Source of the DNA: Phoronis australis
Taxonomy: Eukaryota > Animalia > Phoronida
Length of the DNA: 64,000 bases
Direction of reading: 5' to 3'
NCBI GenBank assembly: GCA_002633005.1
Contig: NMRA01000026.1
Span: forward strand, 193,407 to 257,406
Shown here piece after piece: positions 40,740-52,900 of the stretch. Numbering within the stretch: the stretch's first letter is position 1; every line of letters starts with the position of its first letter. Position numbers and translations under genes: made by a program. Below the pieces are notes generated by a model that ran no database searches, was not told the DNA's origin, and worked only from the letters and a program-made list of their open reading frames with translations.

Positions 40740-41381
40740 GTACATGTTCCTCTGTACGCTAAAGACCTCCAGTCTGAACACTGGTCATATGGTTACCCGT
40801 GTCTTGACGTTCATTTCACTAGAGTTTGCAAAAGATGAATGGAGGCTGCTCAACTTAGCGAAACGGTAAAGTTGACATGAGTGATAACAGGAAGAACGGG
40901 GCACAATAATCCCACTTATGCGCATCCACGACCATGATACTAAACCCGTAGGGCAAACTGGGCGGGAAACGCGGAACGCTTGTAAACCGAAACCGGGTCG
41001 TGAAAGTGATTCCTAGATGAAGTTTTAATACCGGTACTTCCTGATATTCCACTGACCAAGATTACATGGGAAGAATAGGTTAAGCATTGCTCACAGCGTA
41101 AAAATGTGTTCCATTTTACCCCCGTTTTCCCCATCACCCCGACATGATCATTGCTAGGAAAGTTGAATTGGTTCAATTCGAAGTCTTTGTTTATATCGTC
41201 AAGGACATTGACCCGTTGAACTGACGTCACTAATTAGTATTGATCTTCTGTCCTCATTATAAATTATAAGTCTAACCATAGTTTCGTGAAGCAAACATGG
41301 GAATGCCCAATTCTTAGCTCCAAGTTTGTGTAAAGCCAATAACAAACAGCACCAATTCTATTGAACCGCAATTGAAAACTA

Positions 41382-41743
41382 ATAAAGGGTACCAAACCCG
41401 GTTTTGACTTAGTTAACAGACAGTAAAAACGACTTACCCGAAACAAAATAATGTTCTGTTAAATTCGACAACAAGTCAAAAGCATGGATGAAATTCTGAA
41501 AACTCTTTTCGAGGTCTGCTAAACAAGCAAGCGCGACCTACGCATTTAGCGATTTACACGACACCTGTGGGAGTAGACCACCCATCAAGGACCATAATGT
41601 CTAATCTGTGACATCTATGGAGTAGGAAGTTTTTAATTGATTCTTGTGTTTAACTGTGGAGATTGATGCCAATGATGCAGCCATTAGCAGGTGATAACGA
41701 GGATTGGTGGAAATCATCAAAATTGGGTTTAGTATCCTTTTAA
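41382..41743. mobile_element. ~360-bp non-autonomous DNA element with TTAAAG-type ends (Kolobok/Crypton-like)
   Basis: The left end TAAAGGGTACCAAACCCGGTTTTGA pairs imperfectly with the right end TCAAAATTGGGTTTAGTATCCTTTTAA. The right half is homologous to about 55910-56157. Confidence 0.65.
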
Positions 41744-41829
41744 AAGTTGAAAAAAATTAAATGCGGTCAAAACAAAGATTATTAGTCTGTCTATCTGCGG
41801 CTTTCATATATGTAACAATGTAAATTCTC

Positions 41830-42126
41830 TTAACCAACTAGTTTTGCCCAATGGCCCGACAAGATAAGAGAATAGATGATAATGAATGCCAGCCATCCCA
41901 GAATTCCAAGCACCAATCCTGTTATTGTCCACGCCCATGCGCATCTGCGCTTGTAGGACACATGGTAGTGGTCGCCTGTCTTGTGATCGGTGTAAGCATG
42001 CGAGGCGTAACTGTGTCCCACGAAGCCCAGCAGAGGGCAGCACAGTGAAGTCACTACCACGGACATGATGGTCAAGCACCAACCCCATCGAGGCCGAGTC
42101 TCGTGGTCAATCCTGGCCGGGCTGGT
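41830..42126 (-). CDS. CD225/dispanin family (IFITM/PRRT-like) membrane protein, last exon (98 aa)
   Basis: Acceptor CTTTTCTTTCAG. Translation RPRWGWCLTIMSVVVTSLCCPLLGFVGHSYASHAYTDHKTGDHYHVSYKRRCAWAWTITGLVLGILGWLAFIIIYSLIL has the CD225 layout: hydrophobic segment, CC, xxLG, loop with GD, then a C-terminal TM helix. Confidence 0.85.
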   Translation of the reverse strand, partial: TSPARIDHETRPRWGWCLTIMSVVVTSLCCPLLGFVGHSYASHAYTDHKTGDHYHVSYKRRCAWAWTITGLVLGILGWLAFIIIYSLILSGHWAKLVG

Positions 42127-42697
42127 CTGAAAGAAAAGTAATCGCTTTTGATGATTTGGCAGGACATTTTGATAATAAATTACAAAATTTTGAGTCTTTG
42201 CAAATAAACAGGGCAGTTCGTTTGCTTTAAAGATGAAACGATGCTTTTTTGGAGAAGACGACCTCATAGCGACTGCCATAGATTAAATACTATATTTAAT
42301 CGATAGTATTCTTCCCAGGTAACGCGACAGAATTTTTCAGCCAAAATCTATCCTCGTTGTGTCGTCTTGATGAACTCGCTAGATGTCACCCTTCTCGTTG
42401 CGGAGTTGTCACGAAGACGAACTTGAATTGATATGTTGAGGATCGTCGACGGTCTACAGGGCATTATTCTACTTCAAAACGATAAGTGTAGGCAAAGCGC
42501 TCAAACATTTTGTGAAAAACGCATTGTTTCAGGAAACCCGTCCTTAGCTTACAGTTAAATACATCTTTGAAGTTTTTCAGTCAGGTTGACATTAAAGGTA
42601 CTCAGCTGTTCTATCAGCGTCGGACAGACCGTTATGGCCCCTTCGAATAATTCTCCCCTGGTGTGGTTATTGCCAGTGAATGACGTTGCCATGGTAC

Positions 42698-42829
42698 CTG
42701 AATCATTTCTTTCTTACTCGGGTACATCGAGTACTCCCTGTAGTCGCGCGTGTGTCGGTCTCGATCGTAATATCCACTGCGATCATAGTCGTAGCCACTG
42801 TTGCCGTATCCTGAATACATATATGACAT
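42698..42829 (-). CDS. CD225/dispanin family protein, Tyr-rich N-terminal exon (44 aa)
   Basis: Acceptor CTTTTCATTTCAG lies directly before ATG. MSYMYSGYGNSGYDYDRSGYYDRDRHTRDYREYSMYPSKKEMIQ ends at a phase-0 donor CAG|GTACCA that joins in frame to the 42126 exon. Confidence 0.7.
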
Positions 42830-43023
42830 CTGAAATGAAAAGACGATATGAACAGTTTGGAGAAAACCGCAGAGTAAAGTCACATCTGGAGTGCTTTCCG
42901 AAGACGCACGACTGCCAATGGATTAATCACCGGTAAAGATATCGTGTAACTATAGTATCTTTGTTCCAGGTAAAATCACGCACAGCCAGGCAAAGTTATG
43001 AGAGAGAAAGCTGAATGACTCAC

Positions 43024-43166
43024 CATCCGGCCTGTGCTCACGAGCTCATTAGCGTAGAGGTCTACCAAAATGGCGGCTACGGAAATGATTGGTCGGTGAC
43101 GATGGTCGTTTCCGTTCCATGAACGAAAATTTTTGTACAAGTGTCTAGGGTCTACAGAACGCATTC
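43024..43166 (-). promoter_or_regulatory. Candidate first exon or proximal promoter of the CD225 gene
   Basis: Consensus donor CCGGATG|GTGAGT at 43024/43023 (phase 0, exon ending in ATG). A CCAAT box and a YY1-like GCCGCCATTTT lie just upstream. An AG acceptor also ends at 43167. Confidence 0.5.
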
Positions 43167-43967
43167 CTGAAGTTCATGGGGAAGGTATACGCATTGATCA
43201 AAGGGCACTTCCGATGCAGGAATGTACATTCATATTGTTAAGATGACACTGTAGATTTTATTCAGCTCACAGGAAAAGAAAAGTCTGTGCCAAATCAGCT
43301 CAAACCTTGGCATTGTCCTTCAGAGATTTCTTAATTTATCAGAACAAATATTCCCTTCCCTATACGACTACTGTACTACGCATTGATGTCTGTCACTATT
43401 AAGCCGTAGAATGTGGTGATGCATGCGGTGTGTCCAACGACAAATCACCATCAATTCACGAAAGGATGGATTTTAAACTTAACCACCATTGTGAAACGTG
43501 TACAGTCTGCCAAGTGCAACAGAACACCGTTGCTTATTTGGAAATTTACCACAGAGGCCTGTTCCGTGAAAAGTGACTTAGGACTTTTAATTAGACAAAA
43601 AAATTTCTTACGCTTCCAATCCGCAATTATTGAATAAAGATTTAGTCAGCTATTAATAGCACATAACAAGCTAGATAATTTATAGAAATAATCCTAGTAA
43701 CTAGATATTATGTGTACATTTTTGTTTAACTGAAATTTGATTCATTTCCATAAATAATTCTGTGGAGTGTAAGTCCAAATGTCTCAGACTTAAAAATGTC
43801 ACTTTTCATGACACTGGCCCCAGGTTCATTTCGGCAAAGAGTAACCCATACAGTAGAGCGAAGAATGCGTGGTCCGTATATACCTAAGATGAATACAAAT
43901 GCTTAATGCCATCGGGTAATCAGTTACTTTTTCAACGGCTTGGTTGACCTGGCAACTAATGTATGCT

Positions 43968-44540
43968 TTAACACACCTTTCCATTATTATCAAATTCTTT
44001 ATGTCCTAGTTTAGATTTCCATAGCAACGGTCTCGGAAGGTGAACATGTCGTTCAGCGACCACTTGACCTTGCGACGTGTCCACATTTTCGTACATCAAA
44101 TCTTTGTAGAAATTCTCATTGGAAAATGGTGATATTAGTGAGGATGATGTGGCGTCCTTGGGATTGAGGTTCTTCGCATTGGCGTCGTCTTCCAGTTTGT
44201 GCGGATAGGGAGTTATCTCCTCCTTTGTGTCATGTCGTTCGTGAGTGTCTCCATGTGTTGCTTTTGTTGAATCAACATTTTCCACGTCTTCTCGAGGAGC
44301 TGCCATACCATGGTTCTTACGATACAGTCGTTTCTTGTCTTCGGCTAAACTGTCTGCTCTCAACTGTTTGACAAGAGCGTTGGACGATGTGGGGGGTTTG
44401 AACTTGTCTTGGAAATACTTTTCCACGGGAGATTTCGTCTCCGCCTCCGAGTTTTCCTCATCCGATATGAACACGTTATCGCCCGTGTATAACTGGGCTA
44501 AACGCGACCTGATTTCGGGATCAAGTAACGACGTTGACAT
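43968..44540 (-). CDS. Uncharacterised acidic, hydrophilic protein (190 aa); possibly an alternative N-terminus of the CD225 protein
   Basis: Clean ORF with GCCATG start and an in-frame upstream stop. Acceptor AATTTCTTTCAG gives an exon start at 44647. There is a possible phase-0 donor AAG|GTGTGT at 43977, and AATAAA at 43257-43262. Confidence 0.65.
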   Translation of the reverse strand: MSTSLLDPEIRSRLAQLYTGDNVFISDEENSEAETKSPVEKYFQDKFKPPTSSNALVKQLRADSLAEDKKRLYRKNHGMAAPREDVENVDSTKATHGDTHERHDTKEEITPYPHKLEDDANAKNLNPKDATSSSLISPFSNENFYKDLMYENVDTSQGQVVAERHVHLPRPLLWKSKLGHKEFDNNGKVC

Positions 44541-45588
44541 GGCACGTCTGATCGTTCATGCAGTCTACAGCTGCACTAAAAATTGGCTACAAATCCAGTA
44601 GGGCGCCTCGTTTACACCCAGTTATACAGCAAAAAAGCTCAACAACTCTGAAAGAAATTTAAACGCACGAGCGCACAAACACCAACTTCACGGCGTGTGA
44701 CAATTATACCTTAAAATTTCACAAAGGCGTGTTTCTCGCAAAAATTAGCGTCAAATATGTATTGTGGTTGATAATAAATAGCCATAAATTTCGAGAGCAT
44801 CTTTTGTACGTCGACGACTCTGCTACTATTAACTGTAAGGACTAAGACATATGTCTTCACGAATATATTGCAGTGGCGGATCTACGTTTTCAGCAAGGGG
44901 GGTTTAGGATTCCCGCCAAGGTCGAATCCTAGGCGCGTGGCCCCTCCCGTCGTAAGATATTTTTTGTTTTTGTAGCCAAATAGTGAAATTTTCATGCATC
45001 CTGGTAAGTTTCTGGCACTTAACATAACATGTCTCTGGATTTTTTCTTAAGATAATTAAAATCCCTTCTCGATTTCGTCACATGAACTTGGCTCATAAGT
45101 TTCGTGAAACCATATTGTGCACATCGGGGTATGAGTCACGCCACCAGCAAAAATGTTTGTTGGAACATCTGCTTACACACACCTTTTTGGCATACGAAAA
45201 AGTCGTATACGAAAAAGTGTGGTGTGTATACAAGGGCTTAGACAACTTCCAAATATTCAAGAGCACAAGGAGCACCGACGGGGCGTAAAAAATTGAATAT
45301 CAGATGATCGCGTAACAGCATCCTCAAGTTGTTTAAGAACGAAGACCTGTACTGTTAGTCCGGAAATAAATACGTGTTCTGTCTCGTTACGAGAAAAACC
45401 GGCGAACGGTGGTGCTCTCAACTCGTAGTCTGTTATTAAAAGCGACAATAAATAATTAAGTTTCACTTTATTAATCTGAATCACGTTGACAACAATTGAA
45501 AAACGTCACATGTATCAGGAAACAAATCACCTGAAAACAGTTCCACGAAACCAAAACATCCTGTGCACAGTGGTGAAAAGATACACTG

Positions 45589-45871
45589 GACTAGTTTGCA
45601 GAGGGACCTGGTGTACACGGAGAATACACAAAAAGGCTGACCTGGTCCGTCACGAGACCAAGAGTACACTGTGCTTATTATCCCTATAAAAATAGTCGAT
45701 CTGTCGCGGAACCAAACAGTACTGGCTGAGATAAATAGTTTTACAAAGCACACTCTGGTAAAAAAATCACAAGACTAGTTCGCCGAGGGACCAGAATTAA
45801 GTACACTGAAACTCAACATCTACACAAATCAAGCTGGCCTGGTCCGTCGCGAGACCTAAAGTGTACTATGC
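45589..45871. repeat. Two diverged ~90-bp direct repeats (45589-45674, 45773-45871)
   Basis: Shared GACTAGTT..GAGGGACC..GTACAC..TACACAAA..CCTGGTCCGTC(A/G)CGAGACC. Confidence 0.7.
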
Positions 45872-46898
45872 AAAAAAATTGAATTGAAAACTTCTCTCTA
45901 AAATTTTTAGTCCCCAGTGGTAACTCATACGTTAGTCCTATCCTTCTGTTGTCTAGACTGACGAGGAGTTTGTATATTGGATCCAATGGTTTGCTCGTCT
46001 TGGAACCATTCTACCCTGATATCTTCGATGGTTGTTCCCAACGCTTGCACTTCGTCAACTGCTGTGTCAATGCTCTACAATGTCAGCATCTCGTTTCGCA
46101 GCTCAGTTGGCACTAAGACCCTTGAGGTTGCCAAGTCACTTGAAAAAACTTACATGCGCAACTAAATTTGATCCGTTCATCATGGACTACGTCAAACCTT
46201 GACGATGTATCCCAGGACCTATTTGCATCTCTTTCAATTTTCGAATAAAACGTCCCAATGTCTGAACGCTTGAAACCCGAAGTACTAATATCAAATAAAT
46301 GCCCATGGACATGAGCGTTTAATCGAGTGGGCCTTTCTGCGGAAATTACCAGTATAGAAGACGGCAGTGTGCTTATTGCAGGTAGAAAGACGGTAGGTGT
46401 TGAGGTCGGAACTAGGGCTCCTTAGGAGGCCTACTGAACATCGCACAGTCCCGCAAGGCTTTGTTGTGAAAGAACAGCCTCCCCGCAATTTCTGGTACTG
46501 TACACTGTTCGCGAATGCGGTCACTTTGTCAATGTGAGTACTCCCTTGGTCATTCCTTGTATTAGACATAACTTGTTATAGTGCATCTTCAAACAGACTC
46601 GCGACCAGACCACGGCGCCTACCACACTAGCAATTTTTCGGAAAAAGATTTTTTTTCAAAAATATTACATGTACACTGTATGATATTGCACAAGACAATT
46701 TTACTATACATCAGTTACAAACGTGTGGAGCGTAATAGAATGACACGGCATCAGTGACAGATGAGGTAAAAACGTTGCACGTCAATTCGCCTGAATATCA
46801 AGGTTGCGGCACCACAGTATTTCCCCTATTCAAATCAAAACATATCTTAGGGTAAAGAAACTAGTTATCTAAAGAAATCAGCTATAGAGCTGCTCTTT

Positions 46899-47175
46899 CA
46901 GCGGTGGATCCACCTAAAATGCTTGGCCACTTAAGAATTGTCGACGGAAGCGCGCGCACAATTAATCTCCGCGCGTTTTGCCCATGAGCCACGAAGACTC
47001 AACAATTCACAATGCAAAAAATTATATTTTCAGAGTGAACCCTCCCCCCTCAATTTTTTACAAGTTCGTTTACTTAGGGCTTACACACGCTAGCGGTGCC
47101 GTTTTTATTTTGCTGGAGACGTTTTTGTTGGTCCGGGGGGTTAAACCCCCTGAACCCCCCGTAGATCCGCCACTG
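46899..47175. mobile_element. hAT-like MITE (CAGTGGCGGATC family)
   Basis: CAGCGGTGGATCCA ... GGGGGGTTAAACCCCCTGAACCCCCCGTAGATCCGCCACTG. Another left end of this family lies at 44871. Confidence 0.65.
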
Positions 47176-48247
47176 TATTGTAAATATAAAAGCGACGCAT
47201 TCACGAAAACTTGTATCAGTTTCGTATTCCGTTTATATCTGTTTCTTCAAAAATTTCTTTTAATTCAATGACTTAGATTTTAATCACTAAATTTTTTGGG
47301 ACGTGACATTGATTTTCCAGGCGAGGAAGAGCAGGATATTTAATGAGAATGTACATTGACTCGAATGCGACCTTTCTCTTTCACAAAACGCCATACAGGG
47401 CGACAGCGTACTGTGATTCGTTGTTCATGATCGTGCTGTGGGTATCTTTCTCGCGATTGTCTTGGGTTTTCCTTAAAGCTACCCAGGTTACCAGGGGTCA
47501 TCACCGGAAATTCAATGAGAGACACCGAGAAAATGCAAGAGTATTAATTGCCAAAGGATCACGAATTTTGATTTTAGTAAAATATATTGTGGTCCATTCC
47601 ATACCTGGATCTGATCAGGCGAAACCACATACATGTAGGTCGATTCGAGTGTGCTACTAGTTGACCTACATGTATAGAACGAATAGTGATCGAAAATTTC
47701 GATTGGTTGGAAGGTAATATGCAAACATTCATATACTTGACATGGAATACGGTCGGTGTAGGCAAAACAATCGCGGAAAAAGCGAGTTCGATTACGCGCT
47801 TCGCTTCTATTACATGGCGATATCTCGCAAAGATATAGACGACCTTGCATTTTTGCGAGTTTCTTGGGTTTACGGGACGCAACCCATGTCCAGCCAGCAA
47901 CAGCGTGGGGAATTCTCTTCGTTAGACAACGCTATTACTCTACTGATACCTGGTCAGAGTTATCTCAAATGCGAGCATTTCATACAAAAACACGGATTTA
48001 TCTTGTAATTGCGGGTATGAAAGCTAGACATTGTCAATTGTCCATTTAAAGCGGCAATAAACCGGCGTTCTGTTTAGAGGTGAACTTTTGATTAAACCTT
48101 TTATCTCCATAAAACTGGTCACAACGTTTTCCTCACTCAGGTGAGAGGTGGTTATTGGGATTTCGAAGAGCTGGCAGTTCGTTATTTGTCGAGATCATGC
48201 TCGGCGCGTAAAATGACACGCGGCGATATTCCACCTTCTAGAACCTG

Positions 48248-48390
48248 GTGTGCGTTCAGTAGACGCTAGGACCTACGCTAGGACTTAGCTAAAACCTAGT
48301 CAAAGTCACGTGCTTTCATTTAAAATGCACGGCAATATCTCATGTAATCTCTTGCTTTTTAGCGAGGTCCTAGCCTTACTGAACGGGAGG
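48248..48390. mobile_element. 143-bp MITE, inverted homologue of 5369-5523, with perfect CTG TSD
   Basis: CTG-GTGTGCGTTCAGTA...TACTGAACGGGAGG-CTG. The internal sequence is the reverse complement of the 5369 copy apart from a small deletion and SNPs. Confidence 0.85.
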
Positions 48391-48443
48391 CTGGTCTCAA
48401 GCAATAGCTAATCGAGGAGAATCAACGGGATCGGTTTAACGTC

Positions 48444-48454
48444 TGCGCATGCGC
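48444..48454. promoter_or_regulatory. NRF1-type palindrome
   Basis: TGCGCATGCGC in a CpG-rich patch. Motif match only. Confidence 0.3.
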
Positions 48455-49998
48455 GGATATTAGACAGCTTCCGAAACCCATACATCTCGAACTTGACTAT
48501 AACTAATTTGAGGCCAATATCTTAACGGTGTGAGTTGCAATAGAAGGCGGTTTATAGTCGCTTCAACTTTTTGACGACTTAGCTTCATTTTTTCCTCTTC
48601 TACTTTCGAGTTTTCCCGATGACAGACATAAAAACCAAATTTCCAATTGAATCTCTTTAGTAAACGTTCTTGCAATGACTTTTTCACAGCACCTGTTAAT
48701 GACACTCAAAAGGGATTTTTGCCTACACTTTCAAAAGCTTCAAGTCTCGGCTTAAAACGTTTTTATTTGCCTTTTTTGAACGGTCTCACAAATTATCCTC
48801 GATTTTCACGAAACTACTTAGATGTCAGTCTTGGTGAGTCGACTGGCAGTCGCGCGTCAACCTCCTCACCGGGTGACTGGGGTGTAGGGTTCCATTAAAG
48901 TCACCATAGGTGTCGCTACAGGATCAGTAGATCCAAGACCTTAGCCAATCACTAAAGGAGGAAAACCTTCGGTTGTCCCATAATTCAACACCGTGACGCC
49001 CTCACTGACCAAGAAAACCATTTCAGTGACTGCCACTCCGCGTGGCAGTTATTTCGTAAAGTCTCGCGCATATTTAAGAAAGACTAAGGAAGCCAACAGA
49101 GTCGGGGAAATAGTTATGTTCGGTGTTTTAGTATATAGACGGATGCGCTTAAGCTTCAATCATACTGTAGAATTCAGTGTTTTTAATCATTTCCGACAGA
49201 GCGGATTTTCCACCCCTGAACTCCCCCTGTCGCCTTGGTGGCGCAGCACTGAAAAAAAACTGGAGTGGCTATAGCTTCCCATCCAACCTGTGGTGTAGCG
49301 CCCATAGACCATGAGCGGCGCAGCATGGCTTGACCACTACATCACATACTTCAGTGACCCGTGCACATTAATTTCCTGTTATGAAAATCAAATCCATCAC
49401 TTCCACTCCATGTAAAACGACAGAACTCTTCGTCGTCACCAGTCACAAATCGGCCATTTATGCCTATAAAGCAGTGTTTGCATACAGTTTTGCAAATGAG
49501 AAAATCACTACGAAGCGCGTTAGTTAACTAACCGTTTCAAAACATTTTCTTCGATAGAAATTGGAGCTTAAAATTTACAAACAACATAGACGACATCTAG
49601 GTTAAATTAATTCAATCGATATCAGTAGTTTACATGTATATTCACAGAGATGTATGACTTGCTACTTCACACCCTCGCAATGCTACTTACAGAATACACA
49701 TATTTGTTAACCTACTCATCGTCAAATCTTGAACTGAAGAATTAACGACACAGCAGACGACAAACACCAGTGACTCCATGCGTGACGTCACCACAACTTA
49801 CTGGATAAATTAAGACACCGAAAAATAAGTATAAACGAAACAAATGTATACATTACTCTAAAAACGTTATACGATCCCGGATCTCGCCTCATCTGCGGTG
49901 TCTGAACTACTTGAACTACTGCAGTATAAGGACACAATTCCTACCGTTTGACGTTATAATCCGATCAACGTTTTATGACAGACCATAGCCCAAGTGTT

Positions 49999-52900
49999 AG
50001 CCAGCGTTATTCGTCAAAGTAAACATAAGCATACGCCCATCCTTCCGTAAAAATACCTTTATCCCAATGCGATGATAAAGTCACCCCTGTCCAGGCATTG
50101 CTCAATTTAGTGTGGTATCGATTTTATTTGCCAATTACACTGAAAACGATATACTCTTATTTGCGAACATGTGTTTGAAAGATACAAAGAGTTACACCTG
50201 CTTATTGAATGCGTTTAATGTGTTTATTTGATTACACACGTGCTAGATGATGTGATGTTTTTAAAAATAAAATTTCTCTGATGTACTGTCGCAGAGAGCA
50301 GGCAGGGTGGGTGCTGTACAATAAAATTTATATTTTTAATGGAACCATGAGTCAGCTGAATTCTCCGTAGTAGGAAATTCTACATATGAACAACATGGTA
50401 AAAAAATTAAACAAGGCTGCATCATGTACTAAAATAAGCTAAACGTATGTTGTAATTAAAGCTTTGTTTCGCACCATTTAATTTCGAAAAGAAAAATAAA
50501 GTGAGACACTACAACATGGGCGGCGCAGCAATGAAATAAGTGGGGGGCTAAAGCCCACCCCGCCACTTGTGGTGCGCTTCCCATGTCCGTGGATGGCGCA
50601 TTAGTGAAATATGTGGGGGAGGCTATGGCTCCACCCCAGGCCCCAGCCCCCTATGGTGCCCTGCCGATGATACAACGCGCTTTCCTCCAACAGTGTCAAG
50701 AACAGTGTGTACCTTTGCATAAATCAAAATTTACACGATCCCGTTGCCTTAGTTTCAACAAGGAAACAGAAGATTTCAGTGACATTATCCACGAGTCCCA
50801 ACGTCTGGCGTCTTGTTTCAGCGCGAGCGGACTGGCCACGTGCGGATTAAGGAGATGACTGACAGTCCCTCCCGAAGTCCATCAAATGTGAGAAATGGGA
50901 CATTTTGCTTGAAACGACACTGAGATTTTGAGACTAGTAACATTCGTTAACTCTGTCAATTGATTAAACCAACCTTACCTGCAATATAATGACAAAGAAA
51001 ACTTCTAATAAGCTGGAAAGTGCCGCAAAATTGGACCGCCTTTTCACGTAATACACAATCAGTATAATTAATTATAGAATACTGATATTTCGGTGTATTT
51101 GGAATACCAAACTTGATCCATTGATTCACAATGTAAATACAAAAAGTGAAGGACGCCCGTCGGTTTGTAGAGCTATCAATAGGAACAAGCGAACTTGGAG
51201 GAAAGCGACAGCATTGACTGATGTTTTGAAAGTAATTGTCCAACTTGTCAGCATTTTTTCACTACTTTTTGTCCGAATATAGGGACTTTAACTGCCCACG
51301 TCCGCCTCCCCACCTGACGCATCTATGCTGCTATGAGGTTCTGTCAATGTTGGCTTTCAATAGCTATGAATATTAAACGACTTACTGTTAAAAAGGTAGA
51401 TTCGTGTATCCCGTTACAATCTCCAAACGTTCTCTGGAGTTTCTGTTCTAAATTCCCACGGCCTTCTTTCTGATACGTTTCCCAGTCCCTCCCATATAAT
51501 TGCTATAATTACACTGTCTATTATGAGTAAAAAACTGTTTGTAAACGTACATGTATAAGTACGTGTGTGAGGCAAAATAGAAGCACGGAGCCCTCTTTGG
51601 AAGCCAGTCCGCCATTGAATTGTCCAATGTACACAATGCACTTGACCACCGGGGTCAATTAACCTTACATCTACCGGTACGTCCTCCTTTTACACACCAA
51701 TTACATTCTCGGTCCATCGCCTTCAGGAAAGTTAGCGCACTCTTCATAATAAAGTAGTGGCGTAAACATCCATTAGGGTTCTTTAGTGTATTTGCGGGTA
51801 CATTAAAAAGACGATTAAACAATGAATTTGCCTCATTTTTTTCACAAAGTGTTGTTTGAAGCGTTTTCCAATGGTACTCTGTATGTGCTCTCATTCATAC
51901 CCGTCAACAGTTGACAGATGATTGACAGGTAAGCACGCTATCGCGAACTACGCTAACCCTTTGAGGTAAAAGTAACAAGTTACCTATTAACCACTTCACT
52001 GCCCCCCGCTCCCTCCCCCTCCCCCCTGCTCACTGGTTCACAAGACAAACCTTCGATTCAGTTTACCGTTATCATTAACTTGGAATAGAAAAAGGCAATT
52101 TCAATAGAAAAAAATAGGAAAAACCGGGGCTGATGACGGACCCACTAGACGGTCCACGGACAAGTCTCCGTGATATCCAACTCCTTTCAGGACCAAGCTG
52201 CGGAATCGCAAGTTGGTACGTCTATCATTGCTTCAAATTAGACAACTTATCGTCAAATATNAGCCAGCGTTATTCGTCAAAGTAAACATAAGCATACGCC
52301 CATCCTTCCGTAAAAATACATTTATCCCAAAGCGATGATAAAGTCACCCCTGTCCAGGCATTGCTCAATTTAGTGTGGTATCGATTTTATTTGCCAATTA
52401 CACTGAAAACGCATATACTCTTATTTGCGAACATGTGTTTGAAAGATACAAAGAGTTACACCTGCTTATTGAATGCGTTTAATGTGTTTATTTGATTACA
52501 CACGTGCTAGATGATGTGATGTTTTTAAAAATAAAATTTCTGTGATGTACTGTCGCAGAGAGCAGGCAGGGTGGGTGACGTACAATAAATTTTATATTTT
52601 TAATGGAACCATGAGTCAGTTGAATTCTCCGTAGTAGGAAATTCTACATGATGAACAACATGGTAAAAAATTAAACAAGGCTGCATCATGTACTAAAATA
52701 AGCAAAATGTATGTTGTAATGAAAGCTATATTTCGCGCCGTTTAATTTCGAAAAGAAAAATAAAGTGAGACACTACAGCATGGGTGGCGCAGCACTGAAA
52801 TAAGTGGGGGGGCTATAGCCCACCCCGCCCCTAATGGTGCGCTTCCCATGTCCATGGATGGCACTGAAATAAGTGGGGGAGGCTATGGCTCCACCCCATG

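Noticed and set aside
33580-44601. ORFs antisense to or overlapping the 33859, 41830, 42829 and 44540 exons
   Set aside because: Best explained as shadow ORFs of the real exons. Most other 60-100-aa ORFs in the track are consistent with chance.
48460-49040. Stop-interrupted minus-strand frame that could be a pseudogene or transposase relic
   Set aside because: No family motif recognised. A translated search would be needed.
52125-52175. CTGATGA followed by a GGACC/GGTCC stem (hammerhead-like)
   Set aside because: It lacks GAAA after stem II and has no stem III or cleavage triplet.
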